Below, one piece after another: positions 37,691 through 49,170 of a stretch of 64,000 nucleotides of DNA. The stretch covers positions 27,490,307 through 27,554,306 of the forward strand of contig OZ316892.1 of assembly GCA_973895155.1 (NCBI GenBank), read 5' to 3'. The position numbers and the translations under genes were made by a program. The notes under the pieces are model-generated. The model made no database searches and was not told the origin of the DNA. It worked only from the letters and a program-made list of their open reading frames with translations. Source of the DNA: Marsupella aquatica. Its lineage: Eukaryota > Plantae > Marchantiophyta. Within the stretch, counting starts at the first letter, position 1, and the number at the start of each line of letters is the position of its first letter.

Positions 37691-40600
37691 AACATGTAAA
37701 TACTCAAGGTGATTTAGTGCAACTTGAAGCAGGCCCATACTACTGTAGAGTCTGTAAACTTGACCGGAGTTTGGTGAGTTAATCCATGTCAAGGGGGTGA
37801 AATTATGTACAATTAATATGCATTTTTGGGGTGTAACTGCAGTGGTCACCCATGTTTTCACCCAGTTCTTTTACATATAACTATGTAATAATGTAAATAT
37901 TGACTATCTATTGGATTTTTTCAAGATTATTTGTAATCTAGGGTGGTTTGAACTGATTTCTGTTCAGGAGGGAAATTATCCTTCACGGGTTGTAGGACTG
38001 AGCTTCATTTGACCATGCTTGGATATCCACTTTTATATTCAACTGTGCATTTCATGGGGGTCTTTTAATTCTGGACTTAGAGAACCTGAAATGAGATCCA
38101 TGGATAGGGTTCCAAGTTGGTATCTATTCCAAAAATTAAAAGCTCAGACAAGGTTCTATGGGATTGCTCCCTCAAGGGCGGGGAGGGGTCACTATACGGA
38201 GGGCCATACATCACATACGACAGTTTGGGTTATTTATGATATTCTATAATGACTTTAAATAACATTCTATGACACCAATCATGTGATAACACATATGCAT
38301 TTTGCAATTAATAAACCCTATACTTCCACTAACAACTTAATAAGCATTTCCCAAAATGATTACAATGACCTCATATTTTGTAAAATGCTGTGCCACTTCT
38401 ATGGAAGTAAACCTCTCCCCCCCCCCCCCACAAAGACTGCACCCCTCTAATTGATAGTTCGAATACAAAATTGGATACCTGCAGACTAAACCTTAAGTGT
38501 TTGGGTTTCAGTTAACCTGCTGTGTTTAGAGACTATAGTTCAATCAGGTAACTCTCACTTAGCAGTAAGGGTTTTAACTCCAGTTTAAATTTTTAGTCTG
38601 ACTAGCAATATCTAACTCAAATTGTGGTTTGAATCCGAAAGTGGATACAACATGTGCAGTTTTAATCCGGTTTCTAGAATCATGTCTTAATAATTGGTGG
38701 TTTTGCAATTTTTGTGCTTGACTCAATTTGGCTCCTGGCTAGATAGGTTAGGTCATATGCCATTTTCTGTGTTTTGTTTTAGATATGCACTCTTCGAAAT
38801 CAATAGTGAAAGTTGTTTTGTAATCAAAATTTTCAAATATTAATCAGACATTTTTGGTTTGAAAAAACAACATTCAAATTTGGAATTCAATGTTGGATAA
38901 TCAAATTGAAACACACTTCTCCTTTCATTTGTCCTTGTGTTATACTTGAACACTCAGTGAGTAATATAAATTATATGAACAACTAACTAATGTCTCACAG
39001 GAGTCAATGGACAGAGGGCTCTAGAGGAACAATAGTTCCCTCCTTCCCTCTCTCGATGCTATATGTGAAATAACCCTTGTATATCCAAACATGTTGAGAG
39101 TGTGAAGGTTACTCCGCAGCACATGTGGCAAATGTAAGCATTAAAATGAACAAAACAAGTCCCTTTTCCCTTGGCTAAGCCAGATCTAAAATTGATCAGT
39201 CCAGCAAATAAATAAACTATAGTTTACAATACACAGAAATTCCTCTTTCCTTCTTTGTATCTATGGGGCTCAAGAGAGCCCCAAGGAGAGCACAATTCTC
39301 TCCTGAATGCCCTCGTAACTCCCCCCCTGAGCCCTTCCATGTTCACCCATTATACTTCACCCAGGATGTGACTTATAAAAAATTATGGAATTAAAAACAG
39401 GAAAGACTTAGTTTGCAAGTTTTGACTTTGTATTTTTGAGGGGATTTGTTTTATAGAATAGGCACCTTTATTTGAGGAGTGAATTATGCAATTATGCAAT
39501 GACCCATCGATCTAGGCATATGTAACCCACAGTTCACACGATTGCAGAAAGTCAACACTTACACAAAGTCAAATACCACTGCAGACAATTTTATCAACAA
39601 ATCTTGCATGGCCTAAAATCCTGGCATTTTAACTTCTTCTTGTTGAGTTCTTTTGTTACACACGTCTATTGCACAACCTTAATTTCAGGCCAGGATTTTA
39701 CTTTTGTTTGTTTCTTTCCAAAACTCACTCAGTTTTATTGTGAGGGAGCCTTCTGGCGAGCCTTCTGGATACTGGAATTTGGGCCATGTAAGGTCCCATA
39801 TTACTTTGACTAAAAACCCTGGTTTTTGGGGGCACTGCATCCCACAATTCCCTCTAATTAGGAAGTTAATTCTAATCCTAGTTCCCTTCTCTACTTTTCT
39901 CTTTGTAGTTTTCAGGGCACTAGAGGAGAAGAATGCACACTCAACATTTGATGCACCTCATAATGAAGATTCTCCTCTACTTTCATTTACTAAAATTAGC
40001 CAATACAAAAATCTTTTAGGCCTTTAAGTGTATTAAGGCCCCGTTACCATAGCACTATAGGCAATAATAGCCCCTCAACACTCAAATAAAAATCTCTCAG
40101 TTTTGGGGGCATTATAGCACACTATGCATTGTAAACAGGATTTTAATTACTATATACTGAACAGTTTTTTTGCTGGACATTAAAATTGTGGAGATTAATC
40201 TGGCATGTAGGTGGTGTCACAAGCTTTGTGAAAGAGGTGACTTAATAATTATGGTTTTGTGAAGCCTAGGCTTGGGGTTTTAATTCCTACAATGTCCCTG
40301 GGAAAGTAACAGTTTTAGTCCTTAGTATCCGGTAGCATGTATACAGATGAGTGGTATCCAAGGCTATAGAGTGCTCTTCAATTTGAACTACTTAATTGCT
40401 TCATTACCCATTCCATGAATGTAAGTAGAGGTGAGGACAAGAAAACATCTTGCGAAAAAAGGGTTCTTTGCTATTTCCCATAATTCATCTTTGCCCTCGT
40501 CCATGTTTTTCTTTTGCCCCATCCATGTTTTTTGTCTGCACCCTCACTTTCAGTATGCCCTTAGTTAGAGGCTTCCCTCTAGAGAGTAAGACCAGGAAGT

Positions 40601-42465
40601 ACTAGCTTCTGAATGGGATTTATATCCTTAATATAGATAAGACCACTTTCTTTATGGAAATGAACAAGTCAGTTGTACAACAAAGGTTTTGTTACCCTAA
40701 ATTGATGCTCAAACTATCCTGTCACTAGTAGCTCTATTGTCCAAATTGCAAGGCTTGCCGTCATGCCTTTACTTTGAGAGACCTTGCTAAAATTGGGGAC
40801 TGAATTGTACTCAATGGCTCAGAATTGAACTAGAAATGGTTTCAAATAGCAATGATAAGCTAAGTTTGGGTACATTGCTGCAAAGAGCAAATACTCAGAC
40901 ATTGAGAGTGTTTGTAGGTGATGATGATACCTCTGACTAGTTTGAATAATTGTAGATACTTTTATTGGTGTGTAGCTGCCCCTTTACAGCACCCAGCTTG
41001 GAAAAATAATTACAAGTAGATTGAAGAACATTGAACTAAAGGGTTCCAAGGTTCTTCTATTGAATTCAAGAAAGAATCCCACATACTTAGCTACTCTACG
41101 CCCAGATTTAGTCCCTGCAAGGCCAGGTTAGAGATGGCCCTTGTTTGGTAATCTTGATAATTATACATCCACTAAGTGACTTCCAATTTAACATCCAAAT
41201 GGTCTGATCTCAGTGGTACTGAAGATTTGAACTGTCATGGCCCAGGTTGAATTTCAACAACAGTTTGGATATGATTGTCACCAGCTTTAGGATGTGCTTG
41301 GAGATACTGAATCCTGGCAACCCGGAGATTCTCCTTGCCAACCTGTCACTTTCCCTTCAGACAAGCCAGTTTGACAAATTGGAAAATAAATGTTTTTATG
41401 ATAGAGAAGGGATATCAAGCTTGAATGGGATCTCCATCCCAAACATTTTACTCAGAAACAATTTCTCAGCTTGCATGATATCTATGAAAGCATATACACA
41501 TTTTATGTAGTATATGGTTCTTGATTCAGAATGTTTGACTTTCTACAATGAAATAAGATCCCACCCAACATGATTTTAAGGTTTTCTTCTCTTTGATAGT
41601 GTGGCAAAGTCACCTTGTGTGAAGGATAATTTCTCCATATTACTTTCTGACCATCACCTCTCCCTAGATTCAAGGAAAGAAGTTAGATTTTGGCTAGTGG
41701 GGTCTGGCTAAGTGGAAAACTGGCTAATGGACGACAAAAAACCCAGCAAGTTTTGCCAGAAATGATGAATACTTTTCAGAGAGGTTACTTCTTAGAAAGG
41801 TTACTTTTTAGTGATGAATAGTGGTTAGAGAGGCGACTTAAGAAAAAGCTGCTCCTGTCTCAGCTCAAAGACTGGTTTAAATGGAGGTCTCATTACACTT
41901 TATGGCTTTGTGTTTTAGAGGCTTCACTGGCTCGAGAACCAAGAGAATGAGAGAAGGTGGGGGCTCAGAGATTAAAGTCTAGGCCCACGCTGAAACGCGG
42001 TGACAGCAAGAGAGGAGCGAAGTTCACCAAAAACGTCTCGAAGAGAAGTATGATTATAAGCAAGTTCTTCGATCTCCTGCTCATTGGATACGGTGTTACG
42101 GTGATCGGGGGGTTCTCTCTACGTGTACGTTTCTTCAATCATAAGCTCATTGGGTTATGGTGATCACGGAGCTCGCGAAGGTCGCAACTAAGACGAGCAA
42201 TGATGACGTACCCGCTGCATTCGCAGTCGCACACCAGCCATATAGGTCAGCGTTTCAGGACGTACGATGCTCCCAATACTAAAGTGGCGGCCCGTGGAGT
42301 GAATCAGTAGTAGAATGCAGCATAGAAGACAGTGCATCCGGAAGCTCCGAATTACTGATTCTTCTTCTGGAATTAAAACGCTTCTCAGGACCCACAAGAT
42401 ACAGGCATTTTGACACCTGATCGAGGGCCTTTCTGTCCGTCAACTTCTCAACCTTCTTCTCCTCG

Positions 42466-42548
42466 ATCGATCCTCATATTAGCAGCACACTTCAGCTCAA
42501 CCTTCTTCTTCTCGATCGATCCTCTTATTAGCAGCACACTTCAGCTCA
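42466..42548. repeat. Duplicated ~33 bp motif in the YUC 5' leader
   Basis: tcgatcctc.tattagcagcacacttcagctca occurs twice, 50 bp apart. Confidence 0.8.
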
Positions 42549-42681
42549 CTGGCTATTTCCTCGCGGAACCCAGCTGGATTTTCTGTCTAACCGAGTCAGG
42601 TTCTGAAGCCTGGACAGGATATTGTGGTATCAATCAGTTGTTAGTAGCGTTATTCCGTTAAAACCGTGGTTGCTGTCAACG

Positions 42682-44192
42682 ATGCCGCCACACTCGTCTG
42701 AGTCGTGGGGCAAGGAAGAGAGGGATCCGGTTTGGATTGAAGGAGCCATCATAGTTGGAGCTGGTCCGTCGGGTATGGCTGCCGCTGCATGTCTTCAGGC
42801 ACAGGGAGTTCCTAGCATTCTTCTCGAGAAAGCTGAATGTATAGGATCTCTGTGGAAGCACAGGACGTATGACCGGCTTCATCTCCACATTCCAAAGCAA
42901 TTTTGTGAGCTCCCGCATTTTCCTTTCCCTGACTCATATCCCACGTATCCAACTAGACAGCAGTTTCTGGACTATCTCGAGGGATACGCGACGCATTTCA
43001 ATATTAATCCTCATTTCAACGAATGCGTTCAACATGCGAGCTACGACGACGTGGCGGGTATTTGGCGGGTGAAAACCATCACACCTACAGGAAAGTCTTC
43101 GCTTTTCAGCTCCGAAGAGTACGCCTCCAGATGGCTGATCGTCGCTTCAGGGGAGAATGCCGAGATGGTGGTGCCAAAGCTCCCAGGGATGAGACAGTAC
43201 CACGGAGACTTCCTGCATTCTAGCGACTACAAGAATGGAGCTGAATATGAGGGGCGAGAGGTATTGGTTGTTGGATGCGGAAATTCTGGCATGGAGATTG
43301 CCCTAGATTTGGCGAACTTCAACGCCAAGCCTTCCCTTGTCGTTCGAGGACCCGTAAGTAGTGTACTTCGCTGACATTTCGCAATGGTTTTTGGAACTAG
43401 TTTACTAGATAATTTCTCTTCCGTAATCCCGAATCCTTGAAGTTGTCACTCCTGGCGTCGTAACTGACGCCCATTCCTTTCTGCTGCAGGTTCATGTATT
43501 GCCTCGGGAGATTTTGGGCCGCTCCACTTTGTCGGTTGCATTGAAATCGATGAGAACATTCCCTATCTGGTTCACAGACTGGATGTTGGTATTCTACACC
43601 TGGTTGACGCTCGGTAACTTATCCAACTATGGATTGACGAGGCCGAGGCTAGGGCCCATGGAACTGAAAGGCAAGGTTGGAAAAACTCCCGTCCTTGACG
43701 TCGGGACTGTCGCAAAAATTAAGAGCGGACACATAAAGGTGGTTCCTAGAATTGAGTCTTTGACAACGACCGGTGTCCAGTTTGAAGATGGGCATACGAA
43801 GAAATTTGACGCAGTGATCCTGGCTACAGGATACAGGAGCAATGTGCCCAGATGGCTCAAGGTAATTTCCTATCTCTCATTCCAAGGTTCACGTATTGCT
43901 GTTAGTGACGTATGTGTCAAATTATGTGCGACCCGCAGACTTTATTGATGATTGAATGCTGATGGACTCCGATTTGCCTTTGCCATACATACAGGACGAG
44001 GAAAATCTATTTGCTCGTGATGGTTTTCCCAAGCCATCTTCCCCACAGTCTTGGAAAGGTGAAAGAGGTCTGTATGCGGTTGGAATGGGACGCAAAGGAC
44101 TTCTGGGCGCTTCTTCCGATGCCAAACAATTAGCCCAAGATATCAGTCAAGCATACCACGAGACGAAAGCGGCAGTGACGAAGAAGATCTGA
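42682..44192 (+). CDS. YUC: YUCCA flavin-containing monooxygenase (indole-3-pyruvate monooxygenase), 3 exons, 413 aa
   Basis: Exons 42682-43353, 43490-43861 and 43995-44192, all phase 0 with GT-AG introns. FAD motif IIVGAGPSG, TYDRLHLHIPKQFCELP, WLIVASGEN, FMO signature FLHSSDYKNG, NADPH motif VLVVGCGNSGMEIALDL, VHVLPREILG, GKTPVLDVG, ILATGYRSNV and WKGERGLYAVG. Confidence 0.97.
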
Positions 44193-45065
44193 TTCGATGT
44201 ATAGCTATCACACCATATAGATACAGCGGGAGCTTTAGGATTAGTTAGCTGAAGCTCCCAAATTTTCAAAAGTTACAAAAGATAGTCTGGACAGAAGAGA
44301 AGTGTCACGATAGTTTAGAGCTAGAGACATCTGAGAAACGTGGAGCTTCAACAATTTTGTAGATAACGGTAGGATTAGGGATGATAACATGCGTTGAGTA
44401 CATGTATCAATTTTTTTTGGCATTACTTCTGCCAATCACCACGAAATCCAACAGAAGAGAACTGAATCGACGATCATTTTCTGTGTTTCCATGTACGTGG
44501 ACTGTCATAGCATTGGCTGGTCCTTTCAGTCGCTTAATTATCAATTCCGTTACGAACTGCTTGCTGCATACCATCACTCGTCCTCTTCTCCAACGCTAAT
44601 GGATTGGCTGCTTTTCCACCTACGTCGATCAGACTCATGCCCCGACATGTAGTACGCAAACTCTATGCTAGATTAGACGTCTCGAGAGATTGGACTTGTG
44701 GTGACAAAGCAGCGAGGATGACGAGTGGCTGACTCAAGCTTGTCTCCCACAAACCTTCAACCTTTCCCCAAGTATTCTCTGTTGACAGGAGGAAGTAAAA
44801 AGGTTCAGGAATATTGAAGTGAGCTCAAAGATTCTAAATTCTTTCTGCGAACTGCGAAGCACCGCTCGTCAGGAATCGGGAGACTTTGAGACCCGGCCAG
44901 GATTGTACCAAAATACGTATTACTCCATGTCTTCGCCGTATATCAATGTAAACTTCTCCCACTCTAAATGTCTACCCAGCGTTTCCTAATCCTGATCTCG
45001 AAATTTGGGATGTTATAATTTAAGCTTTGGAACCGTTGTCTCAATCTGCTTACATCTGTTCATGT

Positions 45066-45182
45066 TGCTGTGCTGTTGCGACCTAGAGCCGGATATGATT
45101 TTGGGAGGGAAACGACTGTAGATCTCCCATGATTGAAGTGAGAGGCTGCTGTGCTGTTGCGGTCTAGAGCCGGATATAATTT
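45066..45182. repeat. Direct repeat, 2 x ~35 bp
   Basis: gctgtgctgttgcg..ctagagccggatat.attt occurs twice. Confidence 0.75.
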
Positions 45183-48069
45183 GAGGGGGAAATTAGGTGA
45201 TTGACTATCCTCTCCCATGAATTGTTTCGAAAGAGACTCTCTTTCGATAGAGACTTACAGATGAAGGAAACACAGAGAGTAGCCTTTCTGTGCAGGAGTG
45301 TTTACAATTATCGTGAATCATGGCGAAGTGTCCAACCAAAGAGCAACACATAGGTACTATTCTAGCCCCCTTTCGACACGTATTTTGATGACTGTTATAG
45401 GAGTCCGTTTGATGTTAGATCGTCTGCAAAGTCCGCCGAGAGCCCGAGACGAAGGCAATAGGCTTTAATCTCTCTCCACTTGATTGAAAATCATTACCAA
45501 ATGTCACAAGGGAGAACTTACTGTCAGCGCAAGGGATTGTCCATTCACTGCAATCGGCCTCTCGTTAGGAATTATGGAACAGCATGCATGTGATGGAAAA
45601 GTACTTCCGATTAAGTACACCTGTCCGTCCCCCGGATCCAAAATCTCGGCTCCCAGTGCTCGGAAAATAGAATCTGGATAATCTGGCCACATTGAATAAC
45701 ACAGTACGCAGAGCCCGTGAGTAGCGTAGCCTCTCGAGCTGCGAGGATCTACGGTATGTTCATCCCAATCTGCTAGCAAATTATCGTAACTGATAAACGG
45801 GACTGAGAGATTGATTCTCAGCCTCCGACCATTTACCATACCGTAACTCCACGTCCGTGATGGAAGTCTGTCCTTGGAGGCTAGGCTTGGACCAGCGGCT
45901 CCCCACTCCACTCGATCCACTCCACGCCACGCAACGCCGACTGTGGATCCCGGACGCGAAGGGCGAAAGGTTAACGGAAATTGAATGTTACAAAATTAAA
46001 GGCAGCTCTAACGGTCCGTTAACGCTGATGCATGAATTCTGGATAAGTGGGGAGTATGAAATTCATGACTCCAGTGAGCAAAATCTATTCGGTGGTATAG
46101 GTAGTCTAATTCATAATTGCCCCGGCCTCCGCATCTGCGCGCCATGGCCGTATGGATCCCATTTGCGATTCATACTTGGATATACTGGTACGGTAGGTTC
46201 ACCATCTACCATATACCAATGATCGAATCGATTGCGGACCATTATTTTGGTATTATTCTCCTGTGCACCACGAGAGTTTGAGAACGTGATAGTACAGCCA
46301 TGATGTACCTACAGTAGCTGCCAAACCTCTTCCAGGAGTTCCAGACTAGCCAACTTCAATTCGCCGCCCCTTCAGATAATTTCGTTGGGCACTTACGATA
46401 AATGCATTATTATGTTGGTGGTGCTCTGTTTTTGAAAGTAAATGTGGATCCACATGGAGCAAAAGAGAATGATTGACATAGGTGGTTCATCCTGACGGAA
46501 CACTCTTTGTTATTTCGTGTGCATTTAGGTAGACGGCATAGCCCGCTGTACCAGGATGTTTCCAGAAGCTAACAGCAAAATATTATACGCTTGTGACCTC
46601 TGGAGACGCTTCCCCTTGCTGGTAGCGTATTTCGTCGCCCCAATTCTGTCCACCAGCACAAGTTTAGCAACTACATAGATCAGCGTCCGATCCGGTAGAG
46701 AGTTAACTGATGATTCCTTTCAGAGAATTAAATAAGATTGCGGAACCCAACTAGCTTAACAAAAATACTGGCACGCTCTATTCGCTGCTGCCTGGCCATG
46801 TAATTTGCCCTAATCGAGCTTGTGACCCTCACAAACTCACAGTCACATGGGAACAGAGCTCTCAACCGAATTAATACATTTCCAGATCTAGTGTAGCATA
46901 AGTACCGATACAAATGCGGCCATGACACTTGCCCAATTGCAAAACAGGCTAAATCTCAGCAAGCGTTCACTTCAAGCCATGGCACCACGGTACTACCGTT
47001 GCGAGAACAACAAACGACGTTGTGAAGGACCGGTAATCTGTGATGTGGCCCAGTGTACCGTATGCCGGTTGATGATTGCCGTTTGAAATGAACCGAGTAG
47101 CCCCCATCCGGCAGGGCAACCGATGTCGGTTTACCGCAATACAGCAACGAGCACCGTCGAAAGAACTACAGAAGGACCGACGAGACGGGATTTGAGCAGT
47201 CCATGGTTGATAATCCCGGTCTGGCAGTAAAATCCAACCGTAGTTCACCTCTAACGGCCGGACAAGAGTGGGGAGCTGGGAGCTTGGGAGGGTGATCGAC
47301 GAGTTACCGAATGGGAGAGAGTTGAGCCGTCCGTCCATCCGCCTCGAGACCATAAATGCACGCTCCATGAGAATGATGAGAAATCCCCGGGAAACGAAGC
47401 GACGGCCCATTCAATGCATCGCAATCGCATTCATTGGAAGCCTGAGCAATGGAATGATGGAATGATACCTGCAGCCCTGCAGGCGAGGTTCTGCGGCGCC
47501 ATCGATCGAAGTATTCGAGTAATCTGCCCGTACGCATGCGCGCTTGACGAGAGAGGGACTGAGGGAGGGAGAGAGCAGAGAGGAGAAACTTTAGAATGAG
47601 AACGGTGCCTCCACCTTGCGCGGACGAATGTGCGGATGCGTCGTACCCATAACCCACTCTCGATGTAGCTGCTGCTCGTAGGCATAGCTACACTTCTCTA
47701 GCTCGTCTGCTGGCTGCTGCTGTTCCCTCAAAGTCTTCGGAGTCGTCCCAAAGTCTTCTTCCACCGATCTACGGACGAGCTCAGTCCCTCAGTAGCTGCA
47801 AATCAAATCTGCAATGCTGCATGATCCGTCCAGCCATCTCCCGGGCCTCCTGAGAGCTACTGCAGGATGGAGGAGCCACAGTACCGATGCCATTGTCGAG
47901 CTCGACGATCATGATTCATGATTTCTACGGAGTAATAGTAGAAGGAAAGCTGTTGGAGCTCGAGCTCCAGCTCCATCGCCAGTCAGTCATGCGGTGCAGT
48001 GCAGTACCGACTGGTCGTAGTCAGCTTCGCGAAAGGGCCAAACGCTCCCTCGCAGCTCCAAAAGGCAGT

Positions 48070-48347
48070 CAAAGTAATTCTTTTGGGGCCTTGAAAAAGC
48101 ACACTTGCGTCCATAGGCGGGTCTCAAAGTAATTCTTTTGGGGCCTTGAAAAAGCACACTTGCGTCCATAGGCGGGTCTCAAAGTAATTCTTTTGGGGCC
48201 TTGAAAAAACACACTTGCATCCATAGCGGGTCTCAAAGTAATTCTTTTGGGGCCGTGAAAAAAACACACTTGCATCCATAGCGGGTCTCAAAAGTAATTC
48301 TTTTGGGGCCTTGAAAAAACACTCTTGCATCCATAGGGGGTCTCAAA
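48070..48347. repeat. Minisatellite, ~55 bp x 5
   Basis: caaagtaattcttttggggccttgaaaaagcacacttgcgtccataggcgggtct is repeated head-to-tail with no spacers. Confidence 0.96.
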
Positions 48348-49170
48348 TATGGCATCTCAGATAAGCCCATTTTTCTGCTTTGACTGCACACAGGCGTGTT
48401 GTGGTTTGAGACAACAATCATGATTGGTCAAGCACTGATTGTGAGGCACTACCAGTCACTCCCGGAACTGTAAGAGGCCCCAATTTCCCAGTAAACACAT
48501 TCAATAATATTAAGTGTGCCATGAGGCCACTCCTTTTTCCATACCCCCAAAAATAATTGCCCAGTTGTACCCTTTGTGGTGCTCCCCACTGCCTTGCAGC
48601 CTCCCGCGAGGTGCCAGTTTTTTTTTAATATATGAGATGCCCTAATATAGCTCTGGAGCAACCTCATAGCCGTCCCAGTTTATGTTCAAAGGGGTGCAGC
48701 CAGAAAATATGTCAAACTCCCTGAGCCTAGCCGACACGCTCTTGTCACGAGGTTTTTCAGTTTCCTAACGGCCAGTTTCCACGCTGCAGCCTAGTTGTTA
48801 TGGAATCCGTAAAAATGCACCAGTTGAACTCACCCGCAGGCAACCTTAGAGGCACTGCCCCTCTCCCTACTGAAGAGCAACATGGGTCTCAACTATAGCC
48901 CGTAGGTAATCTCATGGCAGCCCAGTTTTCGGTTTGGAGGGACATGGCCAAAAAATGTGTTGCACTCCCTGAGCCTAGCTACTGTAGCCAACAAACTCAT
49001 GTAACAGGATTCTACTATAATTTCCCTCTGACTGCGGCCCTGGCTGTTATGGGATCAAAGAAAATGCACTCAGAATTCTCTGCACCAGTCCAACTCATCC
49101 ACAGGTCACGTTACACTCACGAACTTGCCCTATCTTGTGGAAGAGCAAAACGGGTCCACATTTGAGACCC
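48338..49170. mobile_element. Putative non-autonomous TIR element (MITE-like, ~830 bp)
   Basis: Inverted ends gggtctcaaatatgg (48338-48352) and ccacatttgagaccc (49156-49170), 14/15 match. Internal duplicated block actccctgagcctagc. No ORF, and no clear TSD. Confidence 0.45.

Noticed and set aside
39900-41800. Possible further hAT transposase relic in the TAR-YUC spacer
   Set aside because: Only faint motif echoes such as LEVT*W. Too degenerate to assign without a profile search.
42622-42681. Upstream extension of the YUC ORF (track start 42622)
   Set aside because: It begins at a non-ATG codon. The first in-frame ATG is at 42682 and gives a typical YUC N-terminus.
27989-44192. Allium-type sulfoxide pathway (alliinase C-S lyase plus S-oxygenating FMO) as the explanation of the pair
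   Set aside because: The FMO has YUCCA-specific motifs and length (413 aa; TYDRLHLH, VHVLPRE, GKTPVLDVG), and the PLP enzyme has TAA/TAR2-like motifs. Auxin synthesis fits better, though only an assay would exclude the alternative.
48070-48347. CRISPR-like regular repeat
   Set aside because: Units are head-to-tail with no unique spacers, there are no cas genes, and the context is eukaryotic. It is a minisatellite.
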